A stretch of DNA of 64,000 bases, taken from positions 352,001 to 416,000 of the forward strand of contig CAWAWS010000007.1 in assembly GCA_963785725.1 (NCBI GenBank), read 5' to 3'. The position numbers and the translations under genes are program-made. The notes under the pieces were generated by a model, which made no database searches, was not told where the DNA came from, and worked only from the letters and a program-made list of their open reading frames with translations. The DNA comes from an uncultured delta proteobacterium (lineage in GTDB: Bacteria; Myxococcota_A; Polyangia; Palsa-1104). Below are positions 32,157-42,356 of this stretch, one piece after another; positions within the stretch are counted from its first letter, which is position 1, and each line of letters begins with the position of its first letter.

Positions 32157-32714
32157 CTACTCGCGGTCGGTCAGCCGCTTCTCGAGATCCTCGACGCGCT
32201 GGAGCAGTGCCCGCATTTCCTTCTCCAGCCCCGAGAGCGGCGACAGCGCATCGAACGTCGAGCGGATACGCTCGTCGACCTTCTTCTGCCACTCGTCGAA
32301 CGTCTGCTGCGACCGCTCCAGGAACTCGCGCACGGGATGCGGCGCCGCAGGCGCAGGCGCCTCAGCCGTTGCACCCTCGACCGGCTCCGTCCCGTCTTCG
32401 CCGCCTTCGCGCTTGAAGATGCCGAGCATCTTCTCGCCCGCCTGCGACGCCAGCTGCGTCATGTTGCTCGCGCCCGACTGGATGATGTTGCGCAGCGCCG
32501 ACAGCGGCAAGAAGCTCTGCTTCTTCTCCTCCTCGAAGATGATCTGCGTCAGCGTAATCGCCGTCAGATCCTCCTTGGAGTTGTTGTCGACGATCTTCAC
32601 ATCCTCGCCGCCGCGGATCATGTCGGCGATTTGTTCCAGCGTCACGTATCGGCTGCGCTGGGTGTCGTACAGCTTGCGGTTCGCATAACGCTTTACGACG
32701 CGGGTCTCCGCCAT
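32157..32714 (-). CDS. PHA-synthesis regulator (PhaR-like) DNA-binding-domain protein
   Basis: VKRYANRKLYDTQRSRYVTL...EDLTAITLTQIIFEEE. Confidence 0.9.
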   Translation of the reverse strand: MAETRVVKRYANRKLYDTQRSRYVTLEQIADMIRGGEDVKIVDNNSKEDLTAITLTQIIFEEEKKQSFLPLSALRNIIQSGASNMTQLASQAGEKMLGIFKREGGEDGTEPVEGATAEAPAPAAPHPVREFLERSQQTFDEWQKKVDERIRSTFDALSPLSGLEKEMRALLQRVEDLEKRLTDRE

Positions 32715-32933
32715 CGAATTCCCTTTCACAGTGTCGATCGCCAAGTGTCCCTCGAAGGACGCTAGCACGCGGCGTCAACCGTCGCCAGCGCGATGCGTCA
32801 GATTGGTCAAACCATTAGCACGCGTTTCCGAAATTGGTTAAACCATTGCCGCGCGTTTCCCGGCAATGGTTTAACCAATCGTGGTCGCTGGTTCAACCAT
32901 TATGGTTCGTCGATCGCGTGCTACGATCATCGC

Positions 32934-33680
32934 GTGGACGCTGCGACCCTCGCGCGCCGACTAGTGGCGCTGCCCGCCGCCGCGATGCGCCAGGCCGCGC
33001 TGCGCGCGACGCTCGATCCGCTCGACGACGAGGCGGCGGCGCGTTTGTGCGGCGAGCTCGTGCGGCGCGGGCCCGATGGCTCCCCGTTCGATGTCGCCCT
33101 GTTGGCGCTGACGGCGCTGCTCGACTCGAACGCGCTCGGCTACGAACGGCACGCGGCGCTCTACGCGACGGCGCGCCGCCTCGACGACGAGCAGCTCAGC
33201 CTGCTCCTGTTGTCGGCGCAACCGCCGCCGCCTGGCCGTCCGCAGGCGGTCGAGTTTCCCGGGCGCGAGCTGACGCTGGGCGAGCGGAAGTCGTTGGCGC
33301 GCGGTCGGCGTCGCGAGCTGCTCGATCGACTGCTGCGCGATCCCGACGACAGCGTGCTCACGATCTTGCTCGGCAATCCACGCATCACCGAGGCGGACGT
33401 CGTGCGTCTGGCTGCGCGCCGACCGACGACGGCCGCCGCGCAGCGCACGATCCTCAGGTGCGAGCGGTTCATCGCGCGCTACGCGGTGAAGCGGGCCCTC
33501 GTGTTCAACCCCTTCACGCCGACGGATTTGGCGTCGCGCCTGCTCGTCTTGTTGGCGCGGCCCGATCAGCACGCCGTCGCCGCCGACGCGTCGCTGCACG
33601 ATACGGTGCGCGCCGCCGCGCGCGCCGCCGTGAAGCGCCCGGCGATTGGTTTGACCTTATTGCGCGGCGGAAAAGAGTAG
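32934..33680 (+). CDS. Hypothetical alpha-helical protein
   Basis: LTLGERKSLAR...LLGNPRITE...ALVFNPFTP; GTG start 6 nt after TACGAT. Confidence 0.75.
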   Translation: MDAATLARRLVALPAAAMRQAALRATLDPLDDEAAARLCGELVRRGPDGSPFDVALLALTALLDSNALGYERHAALYATARRLDDEQLSLLLLSAQPPPPGRPQAVEFPGRELTLGERKSLARGRRRELLDRLLRDPDDSVLTILLGNPRITEADVVRLAARRPTTAAAQRTILRCERFIARYAVKRALVFNPFTPTDLASRLLVLLARPDQHAVAADASLHDTVRAAARAAVKRPAIGLTLLRGGKE

Positions 33681-34184
33681 GCGTCATTCCGGTCAGCGTG
33701 GGCGGAGGCTGCGTTGGCGTCGCCTCGTGGTAGTCGGCACGGCAGGCGGCGCTCGTTCTCATCACGCGACACGAAGCATTGGGCACTTCCTCGTTCGACA
33801 CGGCTCTCGCCCTCGCCGCCGATTGGTTTGACCTCTGCGCGCGTCACAATCGGCTGTTCAAGGGCGAGGCTGGTTCGCTCGCGATCGAGAGGGAGCGCGC
33901 GCCCTCTCGCAACGCCCGGATGCACGGCTGAATCGAATACCAACGAATGGTTAAACCAATGCGCGCAGTGGGTTGCGCGCGGTCGACAGGGACAGCGAGC
34001 TCCGCGCAACGCCCGGATGTACGGCTGAATCGAATACCAAGAATAGTTAAACCAATGCGCGCAGTGGTTTAACCAATGCGCGCAGCGTGAGCCAAGGCGT
34101 TGAGTGGTCAACCAGCGCGCTGAAGTAGTTAGCCAATGCGCTGAGTGGTTAGCCGGTTAGCTAATGCGCTAGGTCGTTAGCCAA

Positions 34185-34290
34185 TGCGTTCATTGGTTAA
34201 ACCAATGCGTTCATTGGTTAAACCAATGCGTTTATTGGTTAAACCAATTCGTTTATTGGTTAAACCAATGCGTTCATTGGTTAAACCATT
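34185..34290. repeat. Array of five palindromic sites with an exact 21-bp period
   Basis: Unit CATTGGTTAAACCAATGCGTT; cores at 34194, 34215, 34236, 34257, 34278; decayed copies from 33948. Confidence 0.95.
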
Positions 34291-34308
34291 GTGCACTGAT
34301 CGGCGGGA

Positions 34309-35247
34309 CTAGAAGACGAAGGCGCCGGAGAAGCTGAGCTGGACTTGGCCGCGTGACCGGTCGGTAATTTGCGTGGGATCGACCTTGCCGCAGTCGGTGG
34401 CGCTGTCGTTGCAAAACGTGTAGGCGAATTCGCCGGTGAACGCGAGGAAGTCGTAGAGCACCCGGAAGCCGGCGAACATGCGCCAGCGAACGATCGTGTC
34501 GGGATCGGGGAATATCGTGTTGGCGTTGATGTCGTTGGAGGTCGCGCCCTGTTTGTAGCTGTCGACGGCGGGCGTCGTGTCGATGACTTCGCCGCGCACG
34601 AAGCTGAGCAGCGCGCCGGCGCCGATGTACGGATCGAGCGTGAACGTGCCGCCGACGCCGAACGACTTCGAGACGGTCGCATCCAGCGCCAGCGTCGTCA
34701 GATCGACCTCGCCCGTGCCGAGCAGGTGCGACACCGACGCGCGCACCGCCAGCGACGGCAGCGCCCAGCCGTGAAAGCCCTCGTGCAGCGCAAACTTCGC
34801 GTAGCCTTGCACCGCGTACAAATTGCTGTCGATGAGCTTCGTCGCGCCGGCGCCGACCTCGAAGCCGGGCAGCGGCCACCACAATCCTTTGCGCGCCATC
34901 ACCGAAATCGTCGACAAATAGCTCGAGGAAACGCTGGATACGCCCTGTTTCCAGTAATCGGCGTTATTCGATATCTGCGTAAATTGCGTTTCGAATGCCA
35001 ATTGAAAGCCGGAATAGCCGAGCGTATCGGCGGGCGCCAGCGGTCCCGGCGCCATCACCAGCGACAGCTCGCTCATGAGGCTCTTGTACATCGACTGCCG
35101 CGTCGGATCGGTCGGATCGTTGAACGTCCCCGGCGTCGACGGTGGGCCGATGATGCGTTCGAGCGTCAAGTCGTTGCGGTCGGCGCGCGCGCGCAAGGGC
35201 AGCGCGGCGACGGCGAATGCGCACAGACCGACGGTGAGCGCGCGCAT
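34309..35247 (-). CDS. Putative outer-membrane beta-barrel protein
   Basis: Signal peptide (ARA), alternating beta strands, C-terminal Phe (LSFSGAFVF). Confidence 0.7.
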   Translation of the reverse strand: MRALTVGLCAFAVAALPLRARADRNDLTLERIIGPPSTPGTFNDPTDPTRQSMYKSLMSELSLVMAPGPLAPADTLGYSGFQLAFETQFTQISNNADYWKQGVSSVSSSYLSTISVMARKGLWWPLPGFEVGAGATKLIDSNLYAVQGYAKFALHEGFHGWALPSLAVRASVSHLLGTGEVDLTTLALDATVSKSFGVGGTFTLDPYIGAGALLSFVRGEVIDTTPAVDSYKQGATSNDINANTIFPDPDTIVRWRMFAGFRVLYDFLAFTGEFAYTFCNDSATDCGKVDPTQITDRSRGQVQLSFSGAFVF

Positions 35248-35312
35248 GTCCGTCGACGAGGCTAACCGCGCGCTCTCTTGAGTGTCAAGAAACGTTGCAG
35301 TAGCGTCGGCGC

Positions 35313-36104
35313 ATGTCCTATAGCGAGATCTTGTATGAAGTGCGCGACTCGGTCGCTCGCATCACGCTCAATCGGCCCGACAAACGCAACCCGCTCGGCC
35401 CGACGACGATCGGCGAGCTTCTGCACGCGCTCGACGGCGCCAAGCGCGACGACGGCGTGCGCGTCATCGTGCTCACCGGCGCCGGCAAGGTGTTTTCGGC
35501 CGGCGGCGACCTGTCATCAATGGGTAGCGGCGGTACGCCCCTGCAAGCGAGCGGGAGTGGTTCAACCAAAGCGGGAACGTTCGTCGATCTGAACTTGGCG
35601 CTCACGCAGGTGGGCAAGCCGACCATCGCGATGGTCAATGGTCACGCGCTGGCGGGCGGGCTCGGGCTCGTCGTTGCGTGCGACGTCGCCATCGTCGCGG
35701 ACGACGCGCAGCTGGGGACGCCGGAGATCAACGTTGGGCTGTGGCCGATGATGATCATGGCGACCATCTTCCGCAACGTGCCGCGCAAGCGTGGGCTCGA
35801 GCTCATCATGACGGGCGACAAGATCTCGGCGGCGCAGGCGGCCGAGCTCGGCTTGGTCACGCGCGCCGTGCCGCGCGATCGGCTGGAGGCCGAGGTCGAT
35901 GCGCTGGCGCAGAAGCTGGCCGCGAAGTCGCCGATCGTGATGAAGCTCGGGCTGGAGGCGTTTTATCGCGTGCAGGACATGGAGTTGGAGCCGGCGCTGC
36001 AGTATCTGCAAGGGCAGCTCATGGCGGTGTTGTCGACGGAGGATGCGCGCGAGGGCTTGATGGCGTTCCTCGAGAAGCGCGCGCCGCAGTGGAAGGGGAA
36101 GTAA
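35313..36104 (+). CDS. Enoyl-CoA hydratase/isomerase
   Basis: ITLNRPDKRN, FSAGGDL, KPTIAMVNGHALAGG, PEINVG. Confidence 0.95.
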   Translation: MSYSEILYEVRDSVARITLNRPDKRNPLGPTTIGELLHALDGAKRDDGVRVIVLTGAGKVFSAGGDLSSMGSGGTPLQASGSGSTKAGTFVDLNLALTQVGKPTIAMVNGHALAGGLGLVVACDVAIVADDAQLGTPEINVGLWPMMIMATIFRNVPRKRGLELIMTGDKISAAQAAELGLVTRAVPRDRLEAEVDALAQKLAAKSPIVMKLGLEAFYRVQDMELEPALQYLQGQLMAVLSTEDAREGLMAFLEKRAPQWKGK

Positions 36105-36390
36105 GCCCAGCGCCCGTTGTGCAATGGTTAAACCAATTGCGGGATTGGTTTAACCATTGAATTTTCCGTTGCGTTGGCAGCAAGCGAGCAGCGGCCGCTG
36201 CGAAATTGTGGTCAGGCGGCGCGGCCGCCGTTGCGAACTTGTGGTTAGGCGGCGCGGAGGCCGCCGCGAACTTGTGGTTAGCCGCGCTGCGGCTGTCGCG
36301 AGTCGTGGTCAGACCGAGCCTTCCTCGATGGTCAAACCATTCGCCTGATTGGTTTAACCATTCGCGAAGCCGCCGATCGGCGGTGGAGCG

Positions 36391-37509
36391 TCAGGGCTGC
36401 GGATCGGCGCAGCAGCGGAAGCCGGTGGAGTAGTCGTGATACGTCTTGGCGTGGGCCGTCGTCGTGTAGAGGCAGCCGGGACCGTTGATCTTCGCGTCCA
36501 CGAAATAGCCGCCCTTGAAGATGCCGTCGCCGGCGCTGCTCGTGGCGTCGATCCACTCGTGCAGATTGCCGTGTAGATCGTAGATGCCCCAGCTCGACAC
36601 GCAGCGCGGAAAGCTGCCGCCGGGCGCGACGGTGTTCGGCTGGTCGTCGCAGCAGCTGCTGTTCATGTTCGCGGACGTGAATACGTCGCCGGTGCCGAAG
36701 CAGTCGTTGACGGGATTCGTCGCGCGGCCTTCGTTGCAGGCACCGGCCTGGTAGGTGTTGCCGTAGGGATAGGTCCAACCTTGCGGCCCTTGGCAGGCGG
36801 CCAGCCATTCGCTCAGCGTGCACAGTCGCTTGTGTGCGGCGGCGCAGGCGGCGGCGGCCTGCGCTTCGCTGATGTAGCCCTGCGGCTTCACGCCGTCCGC
36901 GACGACGGCGACAATGGTTGAACCTTCGGCGACCGTGTCGACGGGCTGATCGTACGGATGCGCCGTCACCGCGCCGGTCGCGTCGACGACTTCGGTCGCG
37001 GCCTCGAAGCGGTCGACGCAAACGGCGCTGGCGCTCGTGCTCGTGCCACCGCCGCCGCCGTTCGCCGTGCCGCCACCAGTTCCGCCGCCATTTGTGCCGC
37101 CGCCGCTCGAGCTGCCACTCGAACCCGCCCCGCCGCTCGAGCTGCCACTCGAACCCGCGCCGCCGCTCGAGCTGCCGCTCGAACCCGCGCCGCCGCCGCT
37201 CGAGCTGCCACTCGAACCCGCGCCGACGCCGTTCGCGCCGCCGGTTCCGCCGCCATTCGGACCCGCGCCGCCGCCATCGGCGGTCGCGCTGCCGCCGTCG
37301 GCGGCGACGAGGCTGACGCGCGCCATGCCCGCCGGACAGCCGTTGCCTGCGTCGGGCGGTGCGGCGCCGCCGTCGCTCGTCACGCCGCCGTCATGCCCGC
37401 CGCCGCCGTCGCGCGCGCTGCCGCCATCGGTCACACGCGGGCTGTGCGACCGCGAGCAATTGGTTAAACCAATCGCGACCACCCAAGCGCACACGCGAAA
37501 TCGGCGCAC
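36391..37509 (-). CDS. FGE/SUMF1-domain lipoprotein with Gly/Ser linker
   Basis: CVDRFE, KRLCTLSEW, GIYDLHGNLHEW, TGFRCC; GSSGSSSGG repeats. Confidence 0.88.
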   Translation of the reverse strand: MRRFRVCAWVVAIGLTNCSRSHSPRVTDGGSARDGGGGHDGGVTSDGGAAPPDAGNGCPAGMARVSLVAADGGSATADGGGAGPNGGGTGGANGVGAGSSGSSSGGGAGSSGSSSGGAGSSGSSSGGAGSSGSSSGGGTNGGGTGGGTANGGGGGTSTSASAVCVDRFEAATEVVDATGAVTAHPYDQPVDTVAEGSTIVAVVADGVKPQGYISEAQAAAACAAAHKRLCTLSEWLAACQGPQGWTYPYGNTYQAGACNEGRATNPVNDCFGTGDVFTSANMNSSCCDDQPNTVAPGGSFPRCVSSWGIYDLHGNLHEWIDATSSAGDGIFKGGYFVDAKINGPGCLYTTTAHAKTYHDYSTGFRCCADPQP

Positions 37510-37549
37510 GCCTCAGGATAACGGAAGACGACTGTGCTAGGGCTAATGC

Positions 37550-38950
37550 GTGTCATTTCGCGATCGCTACGAGCCCTTCATCGCCTGGCGTTACCTCTAT
37601 CGCCCGCGGCAGAACAAGACGGTGCGCACGCTGACGCTGTGGCTGCTGGCCCTGACGCTGCTCACGCACGTCGCGGCGCTCTTCGCTCACACGCAGCTGC
37701 AGGTGGTCGGCACGGCGCTGGCGCTGCCGTCGCTGCTATCGTTCCTGTTTTGCCTGCTGCTCAACGTCTTCTCGGGATTTACGACGGTGTCGATCATTGG
37801 TGTGACCATTGGCGTGCAGGCGTTGATGGTCGTCTTGGCCGTGACCTCGGGCTTTCAGCAGGCGTTCAAGCAGAAGGTCCTCGGCGTCAACGCGCACGTC
37901 ATCGTCATGAAGTACGGCATGGACTTCGCGGAGTATCGCGACGTCATGAAGAAGGCCGAGCAGCAGCCGCACGTCAAAGCGGCGGCGCCGTTCGTGTTCA
38001 TCGAGGCGATGGTGGCGGCCGACAAATCGTTCGGCGCGATGATCAAAGGAATCGACCCGGTGCGCTCGCTGCAGGTGCTCGACGTCAAGCAGAGCCTGGT
38101 CAGCGGTCGGGTCGAGGAGCTGGCGCGGCGCGCACCGCCGAACGATGGCGGCGATCCGCTGCCGTCGGCGCTGATGGGCAAGGAGCTGGCGAAGAAGCTG
38201 CACGTCAAGCTCGGCGATCGCGTGCGCCTCGTGTCGCCGAAGATCGATCTCGACCCCGGCGCCGGGCAGCTGGCGTCGCGCGAGTTTCGGCTCGCGGGCG
38301 TGTTTTCCACGGGATTCCAAGAGTACGACAGCCGCCTCGTCTACATCAACGTCACCGACGCGCAGGCCTACACCGGCAGCGGCGACGTCGTCACCGGCGT
38401 GGAGCTCAAGCTCGACGACGTCGACAAGGCGCAAGCGGTGGCCAAGACGCTGTACGCGAATTTAGGCGGACCGCCCTATCGCGTCATCGATTGGGAGGAG
38501 CTGAACCACAACTTGTTCACGGCGCTGCGCATGCAGAAGGTGATCATCACCGTCATCTTGACGCTGATCGTGATCGTGGCGGCCTTCAACATCATCGCCG
38601 CGATGACGCTGCTCGTGATTGGTAAGACCAAAGAGATCGCGATCCTGAAGTCGATGGGCATGCGTTCGGCGGGCGTGGCGCGGCTGTTTCAGGCGGCGGG
38701 TTTGGTGATGGGCGGGCTCGGCATCACATGCGGTCTCGGCGTCGGAGCAGCGACGGTGGCGGTGCTGCGGCGCTACAATTATCAGCTCGATCCGCATGTC
38801 TATTTGATCGATCAGCTGCCGGTGAAGGTGAACGCCGACGAGGTCTTGTTGACGGCGGGAATCACGCTCGCGATCTGCTTCGTGGCGACGCTGGTTCCGG
38901 CGCTGCAAGCGGCGCGGTTGGAGCCGGTCGAGGGGCTGCGGTACGAGTAG
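37550..38950 (+). CDS. lolC: LolC/LolE lipoprotein-releasing ABC permease
   Basis: VLAVTSGFQ...LGVNAHV, VAAFNII, KTKEIAILKSMG, PVEGLRYE. Confidence 0.9.
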   Translation: MSFRDRYEPFIAWRYLYRPRQNKTVRTLTLWLLALTLLTHVAALFAHTQLQVVGTALALPSLLSFLFCLLLNVFSGFTTVSIIGVTIGVQALMVVLAVTSGFQQAFKQKVLGVNAHVIVMKYGMDFAEYRDVMKKAEQQPHVKAAAPFVFIEAMVAADKSFGAMIKGIDPVRSLQVLDVKQSLVSGRVEELARRAPPNDGGDPLPSALMGKELAKKLHVKLGDRVRLVSPKIDLDPGAGQLASREFRLAGVFSTGFQEYDSRLVYINVTDAQAYTGSGDVVTGVELKLDDVDKAQAVAKTLYANLGGPPYRVIDWEELNHNLFTALRMQKVIITVILTLIVIVAAFNIIAAMTLLVIGKTKEIAILKSMGMRSAGVARLFQAAGLVMGGLGITCGLGVGAATVAVLRRYNYQLDPHVYLIDQLPVKVNADEVLLTAGITLAICFVATLVPALQAARLEPVEGLRYE

Positions 38951-39222
38951 GCGCGCGTCGCGCGTGAAGCTCTGCTCGCCGCTTAACGTTGCAATTGGGG
39001 GCGCGCGTCGGCGCTGCGAGCGTGAGCCCGCGATAAGCCATCCACCATCTTGCGCGTTCCACGGATGGCCGGCGCGACCGAGCGGAACGGCGTGGCCGAT
39101 GCTCGCTCGACCGGCCGTCAGCGACAGCCGATGCGGCCACTGGCCGCCCGCGCCATCCCGCCGAGCAGCGCGACCGTACTGCTGCGTGCCCGTGCGTGCA
39201 CGATCACGCGCGCGCGCCGCCG

Positions 39223-39987
39223 CTACTGGGGCAGCTCGAACGTAAACTTATACGACTGAATGACATACGCCGCCGGCTTGCCATCCGTCGTCATCGCCGG
39301 CGTGAACTTGCACCGATGCATCAGCGTGTACTTCGCCTCTTCGTCGAGCCCATGCCCCAGCCCCGACAAGACCTTGATGGCGTGCACGTGCCCCTTCTCG
39401 TCCAGCTCGACGCGCAGCTTCACCTCGCCCTCGATGCCGAGCTGCTGCGCCTCCGCCGGATACTGCGCCATTTTACCGCACGCCTCGCCGTCGATGTCCG
39501 GCATCGTCTTGACGTAAACGTCCGACACCGGCGCGTAGGACGGCTTCGCCGGAATCGCCGACGCCGCCGGCAGCGGCACGACCGGCCCTTTGCCCGACTT
39601 CTTGGGATCGATCATCGTCGTATTGCCGACCGGCACCGCCATCGACGCGTCGCCCTCCGTCGTCGACGACATCGACACGCCGAAAATAGGCTTGGGCGGC
39701 TCTTTCGGCGGCTCCTTCGGCGGCTCGACGTTCGGCGGCGGCGTCACCGTCGGCGGCGGCGCCACGCGCTTGATCGGAATGACCTTCGGCTTCGGCGGCG
39801 GCTCGACCGGCTTCGGCGGCGGCGGCGTCACGCTCTTGACGACCGGCGCCGGCGGCGGCGGCCGCACGTCGATCTCCACCACCTTTGGCCCACGCGGCAA
39901 CGGCGGCGGCACATGCAAGAGCCCGTACGCGATGCCGACGTGCACGACGATCGCACCGGCCAACGCGACGATTTCAGAGCGCTGCAA
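39223..39987 (-). CDS. tonB: TonB energy transducer
   Basis: N-terminal TM with His, Pro-rich linker, YPAEAQQLGIEGEV. Confidence 0.9.
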   Translation of the reverse strand: MQRSEIVALAGAIVVHVGIAYGLLHVPPPLPRGPKVVEIDVRPPPPAPVVKSVTPPPPKPVEPPPKPKVIPIKRVAPPPTVTPPPNVEPPKEPPKEPPKPIFGVSMSSTTEGDASMAVPVGNTTMIDPKKSGKGPVVPLPAASAIPAKPSYAPVSDVYVKTMPDIDGEACGKMAQYPAEAQQLGIEGEVKLRVELDEKGHVHAIKVLSGLGHGLDEEAKYTLMHRCKFTPAMTTDGKPAAYVIQSYKFTFELPQ

Positions 39988-40004
39988 AGTCGACTCCGAG
40001 AACC

Positions 40005-40448
40005 TTACTGCGGGCTCGCGTCCGTATTGAGCGCGAACTTATGCACGCCGAGCGACTTCACGAGGTCGACGATATGGACCACGTCGCCATACGCGATGCC
40101 CTTGTCGGCGGCGATGATCGCTTGCAGATCCTTGTTCTTCGTCAGCATGTCGGGGATCAGCTTCTTGACCTTGTCCTCGTCGGTCTTCTCGCCGTTCGCA
40201 TACAGCGAGTAGCCGCCCGCGGCCTCGCGCTGCAGCGTCAGCGACAGCGTCGACTTCAGCGTCTCGTCGCCCGTCGCCGCCTTCGGCAGCTCGACCTTGA
40301 TCGACGGGTTGTTCACGATCATCGGCGCCGTCACCATGAACACGATGAGGAGCACCAGCGTAATGTCGACGAGCGGCGTGACGTTGATGTCGGCGATGGC
40401 GCCCGGCCCACCTTCGTCGTCCTCGTATTGCGTGCCGCCGCCGGCCAT
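40005..40448 (-). CDS. exbD: ExbD/TolR
   Basis: INVTPLVDITLVLLIVFMVTAP. Confidence 0.93.
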   Translation of the reverse strand: MAGGGTQYEDDEGGPGAIADINVTPLVDITLVLLIVFMVTAPMIVNNPSIKVELPKAATGDETLKSTLSLTLQREAAGGYSLYANGEKTDEDKVKKLIPDMLTKNKDLQAIIAADKGIAYGDVVHIVDLVKSLGVHKFALNTDASPQ

Positions 40449-41131
40449 TACTTCGACTCCGACGGCTTGGCCGCGCCCTTCTTGCCTTCGCTCATGACGG
40501 CGCCTTCGTCGTTGCCTTTGAGCTGCGCGAGGACGATGTGGGCGAGCGCGTCGGAGTTGGCGAGCGACTGGCGCACGCGGCGGTTGAAGAAGTTGAACCC
40601 GACGACGGCCGGGATGGCGACGAGCAGGCCGACGGCCGTGGCGACGAGCGCCGACGAGATGCCGGCCATGACGACGCCGACGCCGCCCGCCTGATTCTTG
40701 GCCAGGTCATCGAACGACCGAATGATGCCGAGGACGGTGCCGAAGAGGCCGATGAAGGGCGCGTTGTTGCCGAGCGTGCCCAAGAACACGAGGTTGCGAT
40801 CGAGCCGCATGCGCTCGCGCGCCTTCTGCCCGACCATGGCTTCGGCGACGGAGTCGGGGCCGCGCTCGGCCTCGTCGAGGCCGGCGGCGACGATCAGCAT
40901 CTCCGACGCGTCCGAGCCCTTCACGCGAGCGCGCGCGTCGGCCAGGTTGCCCTTCGACAGAAAGCGACGCAGGTCGGTCTTGAGCGACTCGACGTCGATG
41001 GTGTGCGTGGCGAAGAACCAGGCGCGCTCGATCATGATGGCGACGCTGAGGATCGACAGCGCCACCAGCAGCCACAGGACCCATTCGGCGCCGAGCAGCG
41101 TGAGGGCGAGGAACTTTTCCGTAATATGCAT
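40448..41131 (-). CDS. exbB: ExbB/TolQ
   Basis: APFIGLFGTVLGII, GISSALVATAVGL. Confidence 0.93.
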   Translation of the reverse strand: MHITEKFLALTLLGAEWVLWLLVALSILSVAIMIERAWFFATHTIDVESLKTDLRRFLSKGNLADARARVKGSDASEMLIVAAGLDEAERGPDSVAEAMVGQKARERMRLDRNLVFLGTLGNNAPFIGLFGTVLGIIRSFDDLAKNQAGGVGVVMAGISSALVATAVGLLVAIPAVVGFNFFNRRVRQSLANSDALAHIVLAQLKGNDEGAVMSEGKKGAAKPSESK

Positions 41132-41273
41132 GAGGCTCCGGTCTATATGCGAGCGCGGTTGCGCGTGGCAAGTCTAAGCGCGAACCGTTCGCCGTTCAAT
41201 TGGTGTGACGCACGACGGCCAACCCGCGTTGCACCGCGCGTAGATGTCGAAATCACTGACGAGAATTATAGGG

Positions 41274-42335
41274 TTACGAGGCGGCGGCGGGATGTGTCGG
41301 CGTGGCGCTGGGAGGTGCCACCTTTGTGACTTCTGCCAACAGCACGGTCGCGTAAGCGCCCGGCGGCAGCATGAACTCGAGCACGATCGCGTCCGCCGAG
41401 TCGCCGGCGCGCACGGCCGCCGACGCCACCGGCACCGTCAGCGGGCGACGCGTGCCTTCGGCGAGCCGGCCGAGCACGACGAAGGTCGCGGCGTCGATCT
41501 GCTCCTCGGCCAAGATCTTCTGCTCGCGCGCGCCGGCCGGCGTTTCCGGCGGCGGCGCCATCATCTTGTGGCCGAACATCGGGCCGGTCACGACGAGCGC
41601 GCGCGCCGACAGCCGCGCCTGCGCGTCCGCCAGCGACGTCGCGTCGACGGTAAAGAGGCCGCCGGTGTCGCTCTTCTTGAGCACGTCGCCTTCCAGAGCC
41701 GTCGTCATCAGCGCGTCGTCGATGCGCGCGTCCAAGAAGCGGTTGAACAGCTCCGACTGATAGGCGCTCACGAGCATGCGCTTCTCCGTCGGTGGCACGC
41801 GGCGCGTCGAGGTCAGGAGCTGCTTGCCGCGCACGGCATTGTCGCCGCGCGCGCCGAACCGCTGCGGGCCGAAGTAGTTGGGCAGCCCATCGGTGACGAG
41901 CTTGGCGACGATCGCCTGCGCGCGGGCGATCGCGTCGGGGCCGACGCCGCGCACCGTGATCGTGAAGTGGTTGCCGGCGAGGTGACCGGTGCGCAGCTTG
42001 TTGCCGTGACGCGCGGCGGCCAGCACGCGCACGCCTTCCACGGCCGTCGCCAGCGCGCGCTCGGGCTCGAGGTTGGGCAGCGAGATCCACTGTCGCGTCA
42101 GCGCTTGGCGATCTTTTTGCCCGGCGACGCCGGCTTCGTTGGGCTTGATGGCCAAGGCGCGACACATTCGCGCCACCGCTTCGGCCGTCGTCAGGCCGCG
42201 CTTTTCGATGTGCACGAACGTATGGCTGCCTTCGCCCGACGGCGAATAGGCGGGCAGCTCGTCGACGATGAAGTCCTCGGGCGTAGTCTTGGCGGCGCCG
42301 CCCGTGCCGGGCAGGTCGCGCGTGGTCAGGCGCAT
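41274..42335 (-). CDS. truD: tRNA pseudouridine(13) synthase
   Basis: PEDFIVDE, AGQKDRQALTRQW, PNYFGPQRFG, FMLPPGAYAT. Confidence 0.95.
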   Translation of the reverse strand: MRLTTRDLPGTGGAAKTTPEDFIVDELPAYSPSGEGSHTFVHIEKRGLTTAEAVARMCRALAIKPNEAGVAGQKDRQALTRQWISLPNLEPERALATAVEGVRVLAAARHGNKLRTGHLAGNHFTITVRGVGPDAIARAQAIVAKLVTDGLPNYFGPQRFGARGDNAVRGKQLLTSTRRVPPTEKRMLVSAYQSELFNRFLDARIDDALMTTALEGDVLKKSDTGGLFTVDATSLADAQARLSARALVVTGPMFGHKMMAPPPETPAGAREQKILAEEQIDAATFVVLGRLAEGTRRPLTVPVASAAVRAGDSADAIVLEFMLPPGAYATVLLAEVTKVAPPSATPTHPAAAS

Positions 42336-42342
42336 TCGGCGC

Positions 42343-42350
42343 AGTATACT
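42343..42350. promoter_or_regulatory. Palindromic bidirectional -10 element (AGTATACT)
   Basis: TATACT on both strands, 6 and 7 nt from the divergent ATGs at 42357 and 42335. Confidence 0.65.
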
Positions 42351-42356
42351 CAAGCG

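Noticed and set aside
37040..37260. 27-bp repeats here and Gly-rich repeats at 43700-43910 as regulatory arrays
   Set aside because: They encode ordinary Gly/Ser linkers of lipoproteins
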